This document shows, in pieces, positions 17,796 through 28,329 of a stretch of DNA of 64,000 bases; position 1 is the stretch's first letter, and every line of letters begins with the position of its first letter. A model generated the notes under the pieces. The model saw nothing but the letters and a program-made list of their open reading frames with translations, did not search any database and was not told the DNA's origin. The stretch lies in IMG/VR virus record IMGVR_UViG_3300043172_001413; one strand, given 5' to 3'. The position numbers and the translations under genes were made by a program. This DNA comes from a virus.

Positions 17796-19014
17796 CAGGG
17801 TCTTCTTTTTGTTTCTTTTTTTGGTTCTGCTTTGAGATGAAATCCTCGGCTACATTGGACATCAAATCATCCATTTCATCGGGTGGCTCATCTTCTACAT
17901 TCTGGTACTGTGCTTTTGTTGTTTCATCCTGTTTAAAAACGAGGGAACTCTGAAGTTTCTCAAATGCCCTTTCGTTGTCATTGAATGCTTGCCATAGTGC
18001 CTCTTTTCCCTGAGCTTTGATGATAACTTCATCATTCTGCTTGAAGGTGAAAAAAGCACCGCCTTTGGTAATGACTTTAGTGTTCATGGCAAGTTCAATA
18101 ATGGACCTGACATTATCAATACCTTCACCGAAACGGATGAAAATGGGAGCCTGAAAATAAGGGCGGTCGATCTTATTCTTAATAACGGTAGCTTTAATGG
18201 TTATGTTGACCGGTTCTTTCTCTGCTTTACCCGTGATCTTGCTCTGTACAGCTACTCTTTCAACAATGCCCAACTTTAGTTTTAATCTGACTGAGGAATA
18301 ATATTTTAAAGCTCTTCCGCCTGGTGACTCTTCCATAGGTCCGGACTGAAATTTTGATGTTTTTATAACATCTCTCATCTGGTTAATGTAGATCAGGCAG
18401 ACATTACTGGCTTTTAGGAATTTAGTGATATACTGCAGAAAAGTTGATTGAAGCTGTGCTTGCAGCCCAATGCGTCCAGCTTCATCTATAGCACCTTCCA
18501 GATATTCTTTTGGGACCATGGCTGGTACACTGTCCACAACGATGATATGTGGTTTTATATACAAAAAATCTCTGATTTGTCGTATACCCTGTTGGAAATG
18601 GACAGGTTCGGTCACGATAAGTTTACTTCTTCTCAAATCAAGACCCATCTTTTCCGCATATCCTTTATGGAATGTCTGCTCGAAATCAAGAAGGCATCCA
18701 AAGCCTCCCATTTCCTGTGCTTTTCTGATAGCACTAAGCGCTATTGTTGTTTTTCCGGAAGACTCGTCTCCTATGATTTCAACAATGGCTCCTCGGGGAA
18801 ACCCACCTGGCTTTCTGGTCATAGAGCCATCACCAATAATCTGATCGAGAACCCATGAACCGGTTGGGACAAAGTCTATAGTTTCTTCTTTTTGAAGATC
18901 GCGGATTGTTGCCAGATCTTCTTTATGTAATTTTTTAAAAAATTCTTCCTGCGTTAAAGGTTTCTTCTTTGCTTTAGAAAATTCTTCCTGCGTTGAAGGT
19001 TTCTTCTTTGCCAT
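17785..19014 (-). CDS. RecA/UvsX-like recombinase
   Basis: AIVEIIGDESSGKTTIAL parallels RecA IVEIYGPESSGKTTLTL; VVDSVPAM and YINQMR. Confidence 0.8.
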   Translation of the reverse strand: MAKKKPSTQEEFSKAKKKPLTQEEFFKKLHKEDLATIRDLQKEETIDFVPTGSWVLDQIIGDGSMTRKPGGFPRGAIVEIIGDESSGKTTIALSAIRKAQEMGGFGCLLDFEQTFHKGYAEKMGLDLRRSKLIVTEPVHFQQGIRQIRDFLYIKPHIIVVDSVPAMVPKEYLEGAIDEAGRIGLQAQLQSTFLQYITKFLKASNVCLIYINQMRDVIKTSKFQSGPMEESPGGRALKYYSSVRLKLKLGIVERVAVQSKITGKAEKEPVNITIKATVIKNKIDRPYFQAPIFIRFGEGIDNVRSIIELAMNTKVITKGGAFFTFKQNDEVIIKAQGKEALWQAFNDNERAFEKLQSSLVFKQDETTKAQYQNVEDEPPDEMDDLMSNVAEDFISKQNQKKKQKEDPDDN

Positions 19015-19714
19015 TTTTTATCTCCTCTGCAATTTTGTCCGAATTTCTTTCTCTTTTTGTATAGTCAAAGAACTGATCATTTTCACGATAGATTACCCCG
19101 GTGTATTCTGTCAGTCCTTTCTTATTTCCTCTTTTAAAAGTGTGCTTTCCACAAAACAATTTTCGCTCTCTTTCGGTTAATTCATCGTCTGTGTATTTTC
19201 TCATGAAATACCATTGATAGAATTTTAATCCGAGTTTTCCAATGAAATAAGCGTCAGCCACATGTTCAGAAAATCTTCTTCCCATGAGGTCTAACTCTTT
19301 CTTAGCCTGGTGTGTGATGTGGTGTTTGGTTACATCAGCCAGTTTTATTTCAGGAACAGCGAACCTTTTTAAGGTTTGGGGCTGTACATACAGAACAAAA
19401 ATTTTCTCGTCCAGAAATACCTCATGTATATGCTGGTTCAGAGCAAAGAGTAGTTCTGTATTAAAATCCTGTAAATACGGTGCTTCCATTGATATGAATT
19501 TTATATTTCTTGATCTCAGTAATGCGCGTACTTTTTCTCTTTGTGTTATCAGGCGTTCTACCAATAGACCGTCAGCCGGACTTGTTTTAAATACACCTCC
19601 TTCTAGGACTGCTTCTTTCCCTGTTTTATTTTCATCAAGGACTACCCATCCTAAATGGGTTAATGAAGGGTCGAATCCTGCTATCATAATTTTAGAACAT
19701 GTACCGGTCTCCAA
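18974..19714 (-). CDS. RuvC-like Holliday junction resolvase
   Basis: N-terminal IMIAGFDPSLTHLGWVV catalytic-Asp motif. Confidence 0.55.
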   Translation of the reverse strand: METGTCSKIMIAGFDPSLTHLGWVVLDENKTGKEAVLEGGVFKTSPADGLLVERLITQREKVRALLRSRNIKFISMEAPYLQDFNTELLFALNQHIHEVFLDEKIFVLYVQPQTLKRFAVPEIKLADVTKHHITHQAKKELDLMGRRFSEHVADAYFIGKLGLKFYQWYFMRKYTDDELTERERKLFCGKHTFKRGNKKGLTEYTGVIYRENDQFFDYTKRERNSDKIAEEIKNGKEETFNAGRIF

Positions 19715-19753
19715 AGAAACCGGTACATTAGTTTAAGAGATTATTAAGCCCAA

Positions 19754-20377
19754 CTAAACTGTATCCAGAACATTATCCAGATCAAGTTTTTGTGTTGGGT
19801 CTGTCCCTACTGTACCAGAGATACCGAGCAGTTCATTAATTTCTTCAACTGACAGATCATTGGCAATGGATTTTTTAATGTAATCCCAAATAGGTTTGGC
19901 TTGTTCCAGAACGGTTTTTTTAAACGGATCCTTAGCCGTCCATATGGATTCATTGCAAGGCGTAATATCCAGATGCTGGTACTCTTCATTAGTACAAGCT
20001 ATCTTAATATCATGAGTTGCAAGAGGGAATTCACCATTAACCTGTTTCAGTTTTAAATAAGTCTGTTCGCTGAAAATCCACGGAAACAGCTCATAGGTAA
20101 ACGGTTTTTTGACATTTCCTTGTTTATCTGTCCCGTATTTCACGAGGACAGCTCCTACACGCCATTTTGATGGCCCAAGGACATCACAGCATTTTCCCTT
20201 TTTGCAGAGGAAAAATCTGTCCTTGAAATGGATTTTTGAGCCGACAAACATCGCTTTGGGGTCCGTGTATACAATGGCATTTCTGTGGACTTCGCTCTTT
20301 TTGCCTTTGTATTTCTCGAACATCCCTCCTTTGATGTCTTCGTTCTCAAATCCAAAGACTTCAAGTTGTTCAGGCAT
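19754..20377 (-). CDS. hypothetical protein
   Basis: 207-aa ORF. Confidence 0.45.
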   Translation of the reverse strand: MPEQLEVFGFENEDIKGGMFEKYKGKKSEVHRNAIVYTDPKAMFVGSKIHFKDRFFLCKKGKCCDVLGPSKWRVGAVLVKYGTDKQGNVKKPFTYELFPWIFSEQTYLKLKQVNGEFPLATHDIKIACTNEEYQHLDITPCNESIWTAKDPFKKTVLEQAKPIWDYIKKSIANDLSVEEINELLGISGTVGTDPTQKLDLDNVLDTV

Positions 20378-20388
20378 TTTTACACTCC

Positions 20389-21387
20389 TTAGTTTTTGGT
20401 TGGTTGAAAACTGTCAAGTAAATCATCGAGATCCATACCTGTTTCTACAGTGTGGCGTTCTTTTTGGTTCTCCGCCACTTCAATTTTTATTTGAGTTTCA
20501 GTTTGTGATTTCTCTTCTTTCCCTCCTTCTTGTATAATTTTTTCACTTGTCACAAACAATGCATCCAAATCAATTTCTTTATTTTCCAGTTCCGGTGCTT
20601 CAATCACTTTCTCTACTTCGAGAACAGTTTCCTGATCAATCACGGGCCAGTCATCCTCTATTTCGATAGGCGACTCTCCGTCTGTATCAGGGCTGAGGTT
20701 GGGAACAGGGTCAATAAGTTTTTCTGCCATCTCTTCTTCAGAAGGTTTTGGCTCTTCCTTCCCATCAAGGAGGCTCTCAACATCTAAAGAAGTTGACGGA
20801 TCTACTACTTTTTCTTCTTCTTCTTCCTCTTCAGCTTCGGCATCTCCAAAAGAATCTTCACCGATGGTACTCTTCTCTAGCTCTTCCAACATGCTCTTAG
20901 CAGCATAGTTTGTAGAGGGTCCGACACCACCGATCTTTGCCTGAGCTTCAAATATCCTTAATTGCATCTTAATATCATTATTAGCCCTGTTTAGATTTCT
21001 TATCTTCAGGTTAATAGATTTTAAGAGATTATTAAGATCAGTTACATCATTTTCATATTCAGTGACTTTGACTTGTTCTTCTCTGAGGAGCATGTTAGCC
21101 GCGGCCTCCCTATCCTTTATAGACGGGAGGTTTTTAACTTCACTATTGTTAGTAAAAATATCACTCTTTTTTACTTCAAGCGCAGCCGTGGCATTATTTA
21201 GAGCCTGCTGCTTTATTGAAATCTCTTTACTGATCTTGATACTGAAGTGCTCGATTTCTTCAATAAAAGCATGGCACTCCCCGATCTTCTGATTGATTGC
21301 CGCAGGGTTGGGTATGATTTCGATGTCTATCGTAAACCGTATCTCAAGCAGACGGTCATAAATTGTATTTCTATATGCAATTTCCAT
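20389..21387 (-). CDS. coiled-coil protein with poly-Glu acidic tail
   Basis: EEEEEEEK tract. Confidence 0.45.
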   Translation of the reverse strand: MEIAYRNTIYDRLLEIRFTIDIEIIPNPAAINQKIGECHAFIEEIEHFSIKISKEISIKQQALNNATAALEVKKSDIFTNNSEVKNLPSIKDREAAANMLLREEQVKVTEYENDVTDLNNLLKSINLKIRNLNRANNDIKMQLRIFEAQAKIGGVGPSTNYAAKSMLEELEKSTIGEDSFGDAEAEEEEEEEKVVDPSTSLDVESLLDGKEEPKPSEEEMAEKLIDPVPNLSPDTDGESPIEIEDDWPVIDQETVLEVEKVIEAPELENKEIDLDALFVTSEKIIQEGGKEEKSQTETQIKIEVAENQKERHTVETGMDLDDLLDSFQPTKN

Positions 21388-21445
21388 GCTTAACTCCTAT
21401 ATTATATGGTACTGTTTTAAGAGGTTATTATTAAAGAAAAAGTTT

Positions 21446-21829
21446 TCACTCTAAGTGTATTATTTCCAACGGTATACGATTTTTCGGTAAATAATTTGAT
21501 AATTTAATTGCTTCAATGTTATCAGTTTCTCCGAAAAAATAGATAGAGGAGATACCAACTGAGACTATTAATTTCATATCATCAAAGGTAGGGAAGCAAG
21601 TAGAGAAAAGGACAAAGTCCGTCATATCTTTATTACATGAGCTGAAGATAGCATCATATATCGCAGATATCTCCCATTCTTTCTCTTTTACGATTCTTCG
21701 ATTATATCCGTAAGACTGTATCTGTCTTCCATTGAGGAGGATCGCTCCTCTTTGCTGGGAGCAAGCAGAAAGTCTGCTGGCTCCCCAGACTGTGTCGGCA
21801 AAAAATTTTTTTTCGCTCTTTGTAAGCAT
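21446..21829 (-). CDS. degenerate deaminase-fold protein (zinc ligands lost); true start may be internal (about 21631)
   Basis: GAILLNGRQIQSYGYN matches GAVIV..R.IG.GYN; HAE replaced by EWE; PCxxC replaced by TCFPTF; overlaps helicase 3' end by 142 nt. Confidence 0.4.
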   Translation of the reverse strand: MLTKSEKKFFADTVWGASRLSACSQQRGAILLNGRQIQSYGYNRRIVKEKEWEISAIYDAIFSSCNKDMTDFVLFSTCFPTFDDMKLIVSVGISSIYFFGETDNIEAIKLSNYLPKNRIPLEIIHLE

Positions 21830-24012
21830 CCTTTTATGCGTTCTCCTAAATTTGTGTTTCGTTTCTGCACGCTTGCATTACTTATGGCTTTTTCAAGCGC
21901 CGATCCGTGACCTATTATGATAACTTTCTTTTTTGCTCTGGTAATAGCTGTATACAGAAGGTTTCTCTGTAACATGTTCCTTCCGAATTGATTAATAAAT
22001 GGAAGAATGATATACGGGTATTCCTGTCCCTGACTTCTATGGACAGATAAAGTATAAGCCAATTTTAATCTCTCAAGAGCGAGTTCTTTCCCGATATCGA
22101 CCACTTTGTCGTCCATTTGTACTGAGATGTGACTGCCGGTAATACCTATCACTTTCCCCACTTCACCGTTAAATACACCCAATTCATAATCATTTTTAGT
22201 TATAATTACTCTGTCTCCTCTTCGTATAATAAATTTCCCCAGTTGGCACTCAGATTCCGGTGGCGGGTTAAGCACGGCTTGAAGACTATCGTTTAATACG
22301 TTCACACTCAGGGGGCCGTCATTGCGCGGGGTAATGATCTGAAATATCCGGCGCTCGTCTTTGAATTTCTGGGCCAGTTTTATGATAAAATTTTCTATGA
22401 TATCTGTGTTTGTTTCCCGGATGAAAAAGACATCTGCGGTGGGTTCAGGTTTGAACAGAGTTAAATCAGTTTCACCGTTTTTTATCTTATGGGCTACTTT
22501 GATGATATCTGAAGCTTCATCCTGCCTGAATATTTTTTCTAAATTTATAACCGGTATCTCACCACAATTAATGAGTTCTTTCAAGACATTCCCCGCACCT
22601 ACAGAGGGGAGCTGATTATTATCTCCGACAAGAATAAGGTGTACTCTTTTTCTCAGAGCACTCAATAACCGGAAGAATACTTCCTGATCTACCATACTCG
22701 TTTCATCAATGATCACCACATCAGTTTCATATTTTTCCAGTTCACCGAATCTCCACTCATCTCCCCGGAAACCCAAACGCCGGTGGATGGTATAGGCATT
22801 GTAATCAATCGTGGAGGCCATTTTCTTGGCTGAAATACCGGTAGGGGTCATACAGGTCAGGTCTAATTGAAGCTTCTTCACGAGGTCCACAATGGCCTTT
22901 AAAACGGTGGTCTTTCCGGTACCGGGACAACCCGTGATAGCATACACTTTTTTCTCAACGAAATAATAAAGTGCGTCTCTTTGTTCCTTACTTAATGTTA
23001 TTAAATTCTCCCGTTCAAAATTTGCTATATGTTCATCAACATATTCTCTTGTAAGAAGAATGAGGTCAGACTCTTCACGGAGAATGGCTACTATTTTTGA
23101 TGCTGACCCTGTTTCAGCCTTAAAACTCTTAACTGAATAGAGATATCCGTTTTCTTCAATGACCAGGCCGTCATCAATAAGACTCTTTATAGATTCAGCT
23201 GTGTCTTCCTCTATTATTGTTCTTTTAGCGAGGAAATAGGTATTTGTTTCCATGCTGTACTTATTGATCAATTCTACACAGTTCACTACTGTAAGATAAA
23301 GATGGCCGTTTTGAGGGCATAGGACATTAATAGCATAAAAAATGAAAGCCCGTAATCTGAGAGGATCACTCTCAAGAACACCAAGTTGCTTGGCGACAAA
23401 GTCTGCAGTACTGAAACCGAACCCTTCTATCTCCGTTAATTTATAGGGATTTTCCCGGATAGTATCTTCTGCTTTCAGACCTCCGCCAAAATATCTTATA
23501 ATTTTTTTTACCCTGCGTTCTTTGATACCCAGTGAGTTTAAGAAAGCCCTTAAAGTATACTCCTGCCGTTCATGCTCCCATTTTTCTCGGTTTTCTTTCC
23601 AGGCCTTTGCTAAACTCTCAGCTGAGATTTTTCCGATGCCCTCAACTTCCGTTAGACGATAGGATTCATTCTCCAGAACATCTATTGTGTCACTCCCGAA
23701 ACGGTTAACTATGTACTGAGCTCGTTCTGGGCCTATGTTAGGGGAAATAGCGCATATAAACAATCGAATACTGGCGAGTTTCTGTGCATTATGTGAGATA
23801 TTGTACGAAGCAACCCTGAAATTAGTACCGTATTTCGGGTGTGACCTGTAGTCACCATGAAAGTCTGCTACTGTTCCAGGGATTATTTCAGGACCGAATT
23901 CACCGGTAAAAGTAAGAACAGGTCCAGACGGTATTCTTACTTTCATCACTTTAAAACCAGATTCTTCGTTTGAAAAAATGACCCGTTTAACCGCTCCCTT
24001 TATTGTTTCCAA
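21688..24012 (-). CDS. RecD2-like SF1 helicase
   Basis: Walker A ITGCPGTGKTT, DETSMV, SVHRSQGQEYP. Confidence 0.75.
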   Translation of the reverse strand: METIKGAVKRVIFSNEESGFKVMKVRIPSGPVLTFTGEFGPEIIPGTVADFHGDYRSHPKYGTNFRVASYNISHNAQKLASIRLFICAISPNIGPERAQYIVNRFGSDTIDVLENESYRLTEVEGIGKISAESLAKAWKENREKWEHERQEYTLRAFLNSLGIKERRVKKIIRYFGGGLKAEDTIRENPYKLTEIEGFGFSTADFVAKQLGVLESDPLRLRAFIFYAINVLCPQNGHLYLTVVNCVELINKYSMETNTYFLAKRTIIEEDTAESIKSLIDDGLVIEENGYLYSVKSFKAETGSASKIVAILREESDLILLTREYVDEHIANFERENLITLSKEQRDALYYFVEKKVYAITGCPGTGKTTVLKAIVDLVKKLQLDLTCMTPTGISAKKMASTIDYNAYTIHRRLGFRGDEWRFGELEKYETDVVIIDETSMVDQEVFFRLLSALRKRVHLILVGDNNQLPSVGAGNVLKELINCGEIPVINLEKIFRQDEASDIIKVAHKIKNGETDLTLFKPEPTADVFFIRETNTDIIENFIIKLAQKFKDERRIFQIITPRNDGPLSVNVLNDSLQAVLNPPPESECQLGKFIIRRGDRVIITKNDYELGVFNGEVGKVIGITGSHISVQMDDKVVDIGKELALERLKLAYTLSVHRSQGQEYPYIILPFINQFGRNMLQRNLLYTAITRAKKKVIIIGHGSALEKAISNASVQKRNTNLGERIKGCLQRAKKNFLPTQSGEPADFLLAPSKEERSSSMEDRYSLTDIIEES

Positions 24013-24280
24013 TTTTATTCCTGGTTAAATGTTCGTACATTTTTGTTGCACCTTGCTCTACTGTTTTCTGAAATTCCTGAAATTCCTCTAATGCTTCTTT
24101 TAGTTCAGGCAGTTCTGGCTCTTGTAAATGCACCATGAGACGGCTTGCTGTTTGACTGTCAATAGCAAATACCGGATGAGTATAATCAGAATGACTGTCA
24201 GGCCAAGTTTTCTTTTCATCTGTGTAACAGAATCTTTTACTTCCCGGCTCAAACCATCCTATCTGAGTAAATTCGAACAT
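23987..24280 (-). CDS. hypothetical protein
   Basis: 97-aa ORF. Confidence 0.35.
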   Translation of the reverse strand: MFEFTQIGWFEPGSKRFCYTDEKKTWPDSHSDYTHPVFAIDSQTASRLMVHLQEPELPELKEALEEFQEFQKTVEQGATKMYEHLTRNKIGNNKGSG

Positions 24281-24285
24281 AATTT

Positions 24286-24792
24286 TTAATCCTTATACAG
24301 TCCACCGGCACAGACATAAGCACCGACAGTGTTACACCCTGGTCTATACATGATGTAAACACAATTAAAATGTTTTATCTGATCTAAAATTTTTTTAACT
24401 TCTCTAAGTGCACGAGAAAAAGAAAGAGTGTTGTCTACAATTAGGGGTCTTACCAAGGTTTTGCTTTTAAAAATTTTAGAATATTTCCCTATGGTATATG
24501 TTCTTCTGTGATGTCTGGTGGTGATTCCCATTTCTCCTTGACCTAATACCTGTAATTGAATTTTTTCTTTAGGTATTTTTAATTCGTTTATAAAATATTC
24601 CTGTATGCTGTCAAAATCCCATGTTACCAGCACATAAGGAGTTCTTATTTCTTTTTTGTAAAAATCACTTAAGGTGTGATAAAAATCTTTTTTCTTATAT
24701 TTCAGATGTATGGCATACTTATTGTTTTTGACAATAGTGTACCCTGCTTCTTCTAAGAGGCTTTGAAGTACTTGTCTTCCTTCTGTTCCCAC
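24286..24792 (-). CDS. phosphoribosyltransferase-domain (ComF-like) protein
   Basis: RPLIVDNTLSFSRAL resembles PRPP-binding motif. Confidence 0.4.
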   Translation of the reverse strand: MGTEGRQVLQSLLEEAGYTIVKNNKYAIHLKYKKKDFYHTLSDFYKKEIRTPYVLVTWDFDSIQEYFINELKIPKEKIQLQVLGQGEMGITTRHHRRTYTIGKYSKIFKSKTLVRPLIVDNTLSFSRALREVKKILDQIKHFNCVYIMYRPGCNTVGAYVCAGGLYKD

Positions 24793-24794
24793 TT

Positions 24795-25673
24795 TTATCT
24801 CTTTCGATGGTGTTTCGTGACGGATGAATCCAGTCCGGCGAAGATATCAAAAATCAGTGACGTGGTATCTACTTTAGTTGAATTGAAAATCTCATCAAAA
24901 TCGACACCACTGAGTTCATCTACTTTTCCTCTGAACATATATGACAACTGTTTATATTCTTTTGCGACCCTTGTTTTATATTCCTTTACGTATGTGAATG
25001 TCTCTGCATTGTCCCTTATGCTTTTTAAATAATCGGGTCCGCCCAGATAACATTTTAGACCATGATTTATGTTTTTCTTTTTTAGTATGTTCTCTGAGAG
25101 ATAAAAAGAACCAATAGCGATATTACAAAATTCGTTAAATAGGGTCTTCTTCCCCTTCCACCTGATATCTAATTTTTTTGCAATAGGTTCTCCGGTTGAT
25201 TCCTTTATCTGCATTAGACCCCGGCATCCGGCCTTTGAGGTCAAAGTAGGGTTAAAGTTCGTTTCTACCCGGATAAGAGCTACGTACACCTCCCACGGGA
25301 TTTGATAGTATATAGAATACTGATCAAAAATGATAGCGTAATGAAATGCTTCCCATTCAGATATCCCATATGCCAGTATAATTGTTTTTGCTATGCATTT
25401 TCTTCTTTCTCTTCGTAGGAAATAAGCTCTGTTCAACTCTTTTTCCTGTGCAAGTTCCTTTTTCAGTGCCTCTACTTCAACTCTTACTCCCAGACGATTG
25501 AATGTTGTTGTAAAAATGCTGATCAATGCTCCAATACAGATTATTAGAAAGAGAGTAATTATAACTCCTTTCCATCTACTTTTCTTTGGTTTCGGTTTTG
25601 TTTCCTCTGATGCACCTAAATCGTGGCTTTCCATATCACTCCTCGTTAAAAAGTGTGCCGCAATCTTCAACAA
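24795..25673 (-). CDS. membrane-anchored lytic transglycosylase (SLT domain)
   Basis: N-terminal TM; SKAGCRGLMQIKESTG core with catalytic Glu. Confidence 0.7.
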   Translation of the reverse strand: MLKIAAHFLTRSDMESHDLGASEETKPKPKKSRWKGVIITLFLIICIGALISIFTTTFNRLGVRVEVEALKKELAQEKELNRAYFLRRERRKCIAKTIILAYGISEWEAFHYAIIFDQYSIYYQIPWEVYVALIRVETNFNPTLTSKAGCRGLMQIKESTGEPIAKKLDIRWKGKKTLFNEFCNIAIGSFYLSENILKKKNINHGLKCYLGGPDYLKSIRDNAETFTYVKEYKTRVAKEYKQLSYMFRGKVDELSGVDFDEIFNSTKVDTTSLIFDIFAGLDSSVTKHHRKR

Positions 25674-27741
25674 GTCCCTGCTCGGGTTCTAACTTCTCTT
25701 CAGGCTCTTTTTCTGGGGTGTAATTTCCGGCTATTTTAAGAAATTCTTTTTCGGTGATTACTTTTACCCCATATTTTTCTGCTTTCACAGATTTATTCGA
25801 TCTTTTATCTTCATTGCACACGAGATAAGATAGACCTCTAACTATAGATTTTTTATTTGTACCACCCAGTTGAGTCACTATCGCCTGATAGTATGAGCGT
25901 GGTTTTTCCATAGTTCCAGTAAAACAGAAAGATATGCCCCCCAATACCCGGAGAAAAAACGGCACGATAAGTGTTTCCTCATTACCTTCAACTTGCAATG
26001 AAATTATTGTTAAGAGAAAATTAATTTCTTCTTTATTTTTTAATAATCCTGCCACAACTTTACTTGCAGATATATCTGAGAATCCCTTCAGTTTTACAAT
26101 ATCTTCTACGCTTCTTTCCATCAGATTATCGATGGTTTCAAAAGCCTGTAGGAGTTCTGCCGATGTGCTTTCTGAAATACTGGGAATACCCAGCGCACAC
26201 AGGAATTTCTCAGATGACATATTTTTAGTTTTAATTATATTATCAATAATTTTTTTTGCTGATTTCTCACCCCATCTTTCAATTGAGCTGATATGAGACG
26301 ATTTGAGACGATAAATATCCGCTATACTGTTTAGTGTACCCATGTCATACAATTCTTGAGCCAAGCTCTGACCGAAAGTGTCTATTTCAGTAACTTTAAT
26401 CCAGTTTAAAATCCTGAAGAATATTTTCCGGGAACAGTCATCATTTAAGCATCGGAGAGTAGTGCCGTCATTCTCAAGTTTCAAACCACAGCTGGGACAT
26501 TCCGTTGGGATCTTTATAGGATTACCTTCATGTTTCAGGACGGCCTCGATTTTCGGAATGATATCACCCCTTTTAACTAACATAACAGTGTCACCACGAC
26601 CTATACCCAGTCTTTTTATTTCAGCAACATTATGTAGGGTAGCCTTTCTTATTATTGAACCTTCTATCTCAACTGGTTCAAGATTTGCCAGAGGGGTAAC
26701 AACCCCGGTACGGCCCACATCCCATATTTCTTTATGAAAAATAGTGGCAGATCCTGGAGGTTCGAATTTCCATGCCTTCTGTGCCTTCGGTTTATTCCTT
26801 GTCATACCCATAGCTTTCTGTATCTCTTGGGAGCAGACTTTTACTACCACACCATCAATATCATAAGACAGAGTTTTCCTGCTTCTTTCAATAGATTCAT
26901 AAGCTGTGATTATTTTCTCCGGATTCCCAATAAACTGAACGGGAGTATAAAATCCTAATTTCTTCAGGGTTTTAATTTTATCAGGCTCATCAATAGCTCT
27001 ATTTATATCATAAGTAACTATCTGGAGATATTTGGAAAATTTACCGTCATATCTCCTGCTTATACCTGCTGCAGCATTCCGTGGATTAGAATATTTTTTC
27101 TCTTTAGGAAGAACTTGATTTATCCTGTTAAAATCATTCTTACTTAATAATATTTCAGCTCTCACCGAGCCGGTAAAGAAAAAACCTGGGTATTCAGCAG
27201 GTTTCATAATATCAATCATGCCGGCATCACTCATATCTTTTAATGCCTCTCCTGTCACAGGCATAGCTTTTTTTCTGAAACCGCGCATAAAAGCTACATT
27301 CTGACTTATCTCCTCACCCTCGATACCATTACCCCGGGTAATCGCTTTCATAAATTCAGAATCTTTATAGTCAAGAGAAATACTTAAACCATCAAGTTTA
27401 AATTGCAGGCAAAATAAAGTATCTTTCTCGAACTTTGACACCCATTTCAGGAAATCTTCTCTGGTATGAACTTTATCTAGGCTACCCATGAAAATACCAT
27501 GACCCGCTTTTTTCCAGGCAGAAGAAGCAGGATGACCCACGGTATCAAAGAAAGGGTGGTCAGGATCGTGTTTTCTTACCATGTCTTCCAGAGAATCATA
27601 TTCTTCATCGGTCATTATAGCATGACCAGTGCCATAATAAGCTTTTCGAGCTTCGACAAGACGTTCTACGGCAGATTCTATGTTATACACCACCTGGTCC
27701 ATTCCCTTCTTCAGTGTCATCCTCATCTTCAATGAGAGCAT
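25636..27741 (-). CDS. ligA: NAD-dependent DNA ligase
   Basis: KLDG adenylation motif, Zn-finger Cys cluster CPSCG...C, C-terminal BRCT-like region; 701 aa. Confidence 0.85.
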   Translation of the reverse strand: MLSLKMRMTLKKGMDQVVYNIESAVERLVEARKAYYGTGHAIMTDEEYDSLEDMVRKHDPDHPFFDTVGHPASSAWKKAGHGIFMGSLDKVHTREDFLKWVSKFEKDTLFCLQFKLDGLSISLDYKDSEFMKAITRGNGIEGEEISQNVAFMRGFRKKAMPVTGEALKDMSDAGMIDIMKPAEYPGFFFTGSVRAEILLSKNDFNRINQVLPKEKKYSNPRNAAAGISRRYDGKFSKYLQIVTYDINRAIDEPDKIKTLKKLGFYTPVQFIGNPEKIITAYESIERSRKTLSYDIDGVVVKVCSQEIQKAMGMTRNKPKAQKAWKFEPPGSATIFHKEIWDVGRTGVVTPLANLEPVEIEGSIIRKATLHNVAEIKRLGIGRGDTVMLVKRGDIIPKIEAVLKHEGNPIKIPTECPSCGLKLENDGTTLRCLNDDCSRKIFFRILNWIKVTEIDTFGQSLAQELYDMGTLNSIADIYRLKSSHISSIERWGEKSAKKIIDNIIKTKNMSSEKFLCALGIPSISESTSAELLQAFETIDNLMERSVEDIVKLKGFSDISASKVVAGLLKNKEEINFLLTIISLQVEGNEETLIVPFFLRVLGGISFCFTGTMEKPRSYYQAIVTQLGGTNKKSIVRGLSYLVCNEDKRSNKSVKAEKYGVKVITEKEFLKIAGNYTPEKEPEEKLEPEQGLVEDCGTLFNEE

Positions 27742-27985
27742 AATTAAACTGATTCATAGTCTCTTGAGTATGTTCCATCATTTTTAAAATATGTTCTTTC
27801 AGATTCTCTCTTAAAGGATCATCATCTTTAAGAGACATATAGGCATCAAGAGATTTAGAATAAATATCTGAGATAGCTAACATTTTACACCTGATAGCTT
27901 CTATTATAATGATAATAGGGTCATGTTTATTATATTCCTTGTCCATGAAGTCTTTAAAATCTTCGTCACCGAATTTCTTAGTCAT
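27683..27985 (-). CDS. acidic hypothetical protein
   Basis: 100-aa ORF. Confidence 0.4.
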   Translation of the reverse strand: MTKKFGDEDFKDFMDKEYNKHDPIIIIIEAIRCKMLAISDIYSKSLDAYMSLKDDDPLRENLKEHILKMMEHTQETMNQFNYALIEDEDDTEEGNGPGGV

Positions 27986-28158
27986 AGATTCTCTGCTCCG
28001 TGGTAATAAGTATCATATATATGGTAGTCTTTTTAGGCTCCTTTCTTAAACTATTTTTTAAAAAAAATTGTAACTCCAGTTTTTTGAACTCTATAGAGTA
28101 ACATTTTTATAAACATAATACATAGCAGGAAATTAGCAACTACAAAAGTAATTATTAT

Positions 28159-28178
28159 AATACACACTGTGTATTATT
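28159..28178. promoter_or_regulatory. palindromic operator-like site AATACACAC/TGTGTATT in divergent control region
   Basis: 8-bp arms, perfect; between minus and plus gene blocks. Confidence 0.35.
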
Positions 28179-28195
28179 TTTCCTTCTAAAGAAGT

Positions 28196-28242
28196 AATCA
28201 GTAAAAAGAAAAGATATAGAAAAAGGACTCGGTTCATATAAG
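28196..28242 (+). repeat. 47-bp direct repeat copy A
   Basis: Identical to 29145-29191. Confidence 0.9.
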
Positions 28243-28329
28243 GGAAAGTATGAAAATCAGAAAATGAATTTTTTTTAAAAAAAGTTTAAGACGAGGTACT
28301 GAAATCTGTACCATTAATTAATAAGGGGG

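Noticed and set aside
20799-20840. GAA/GAG triplet repeat
   Set aside because: It encodes the poly-Glu tail of ORF 20389..21387 and is not an independent repeat element.
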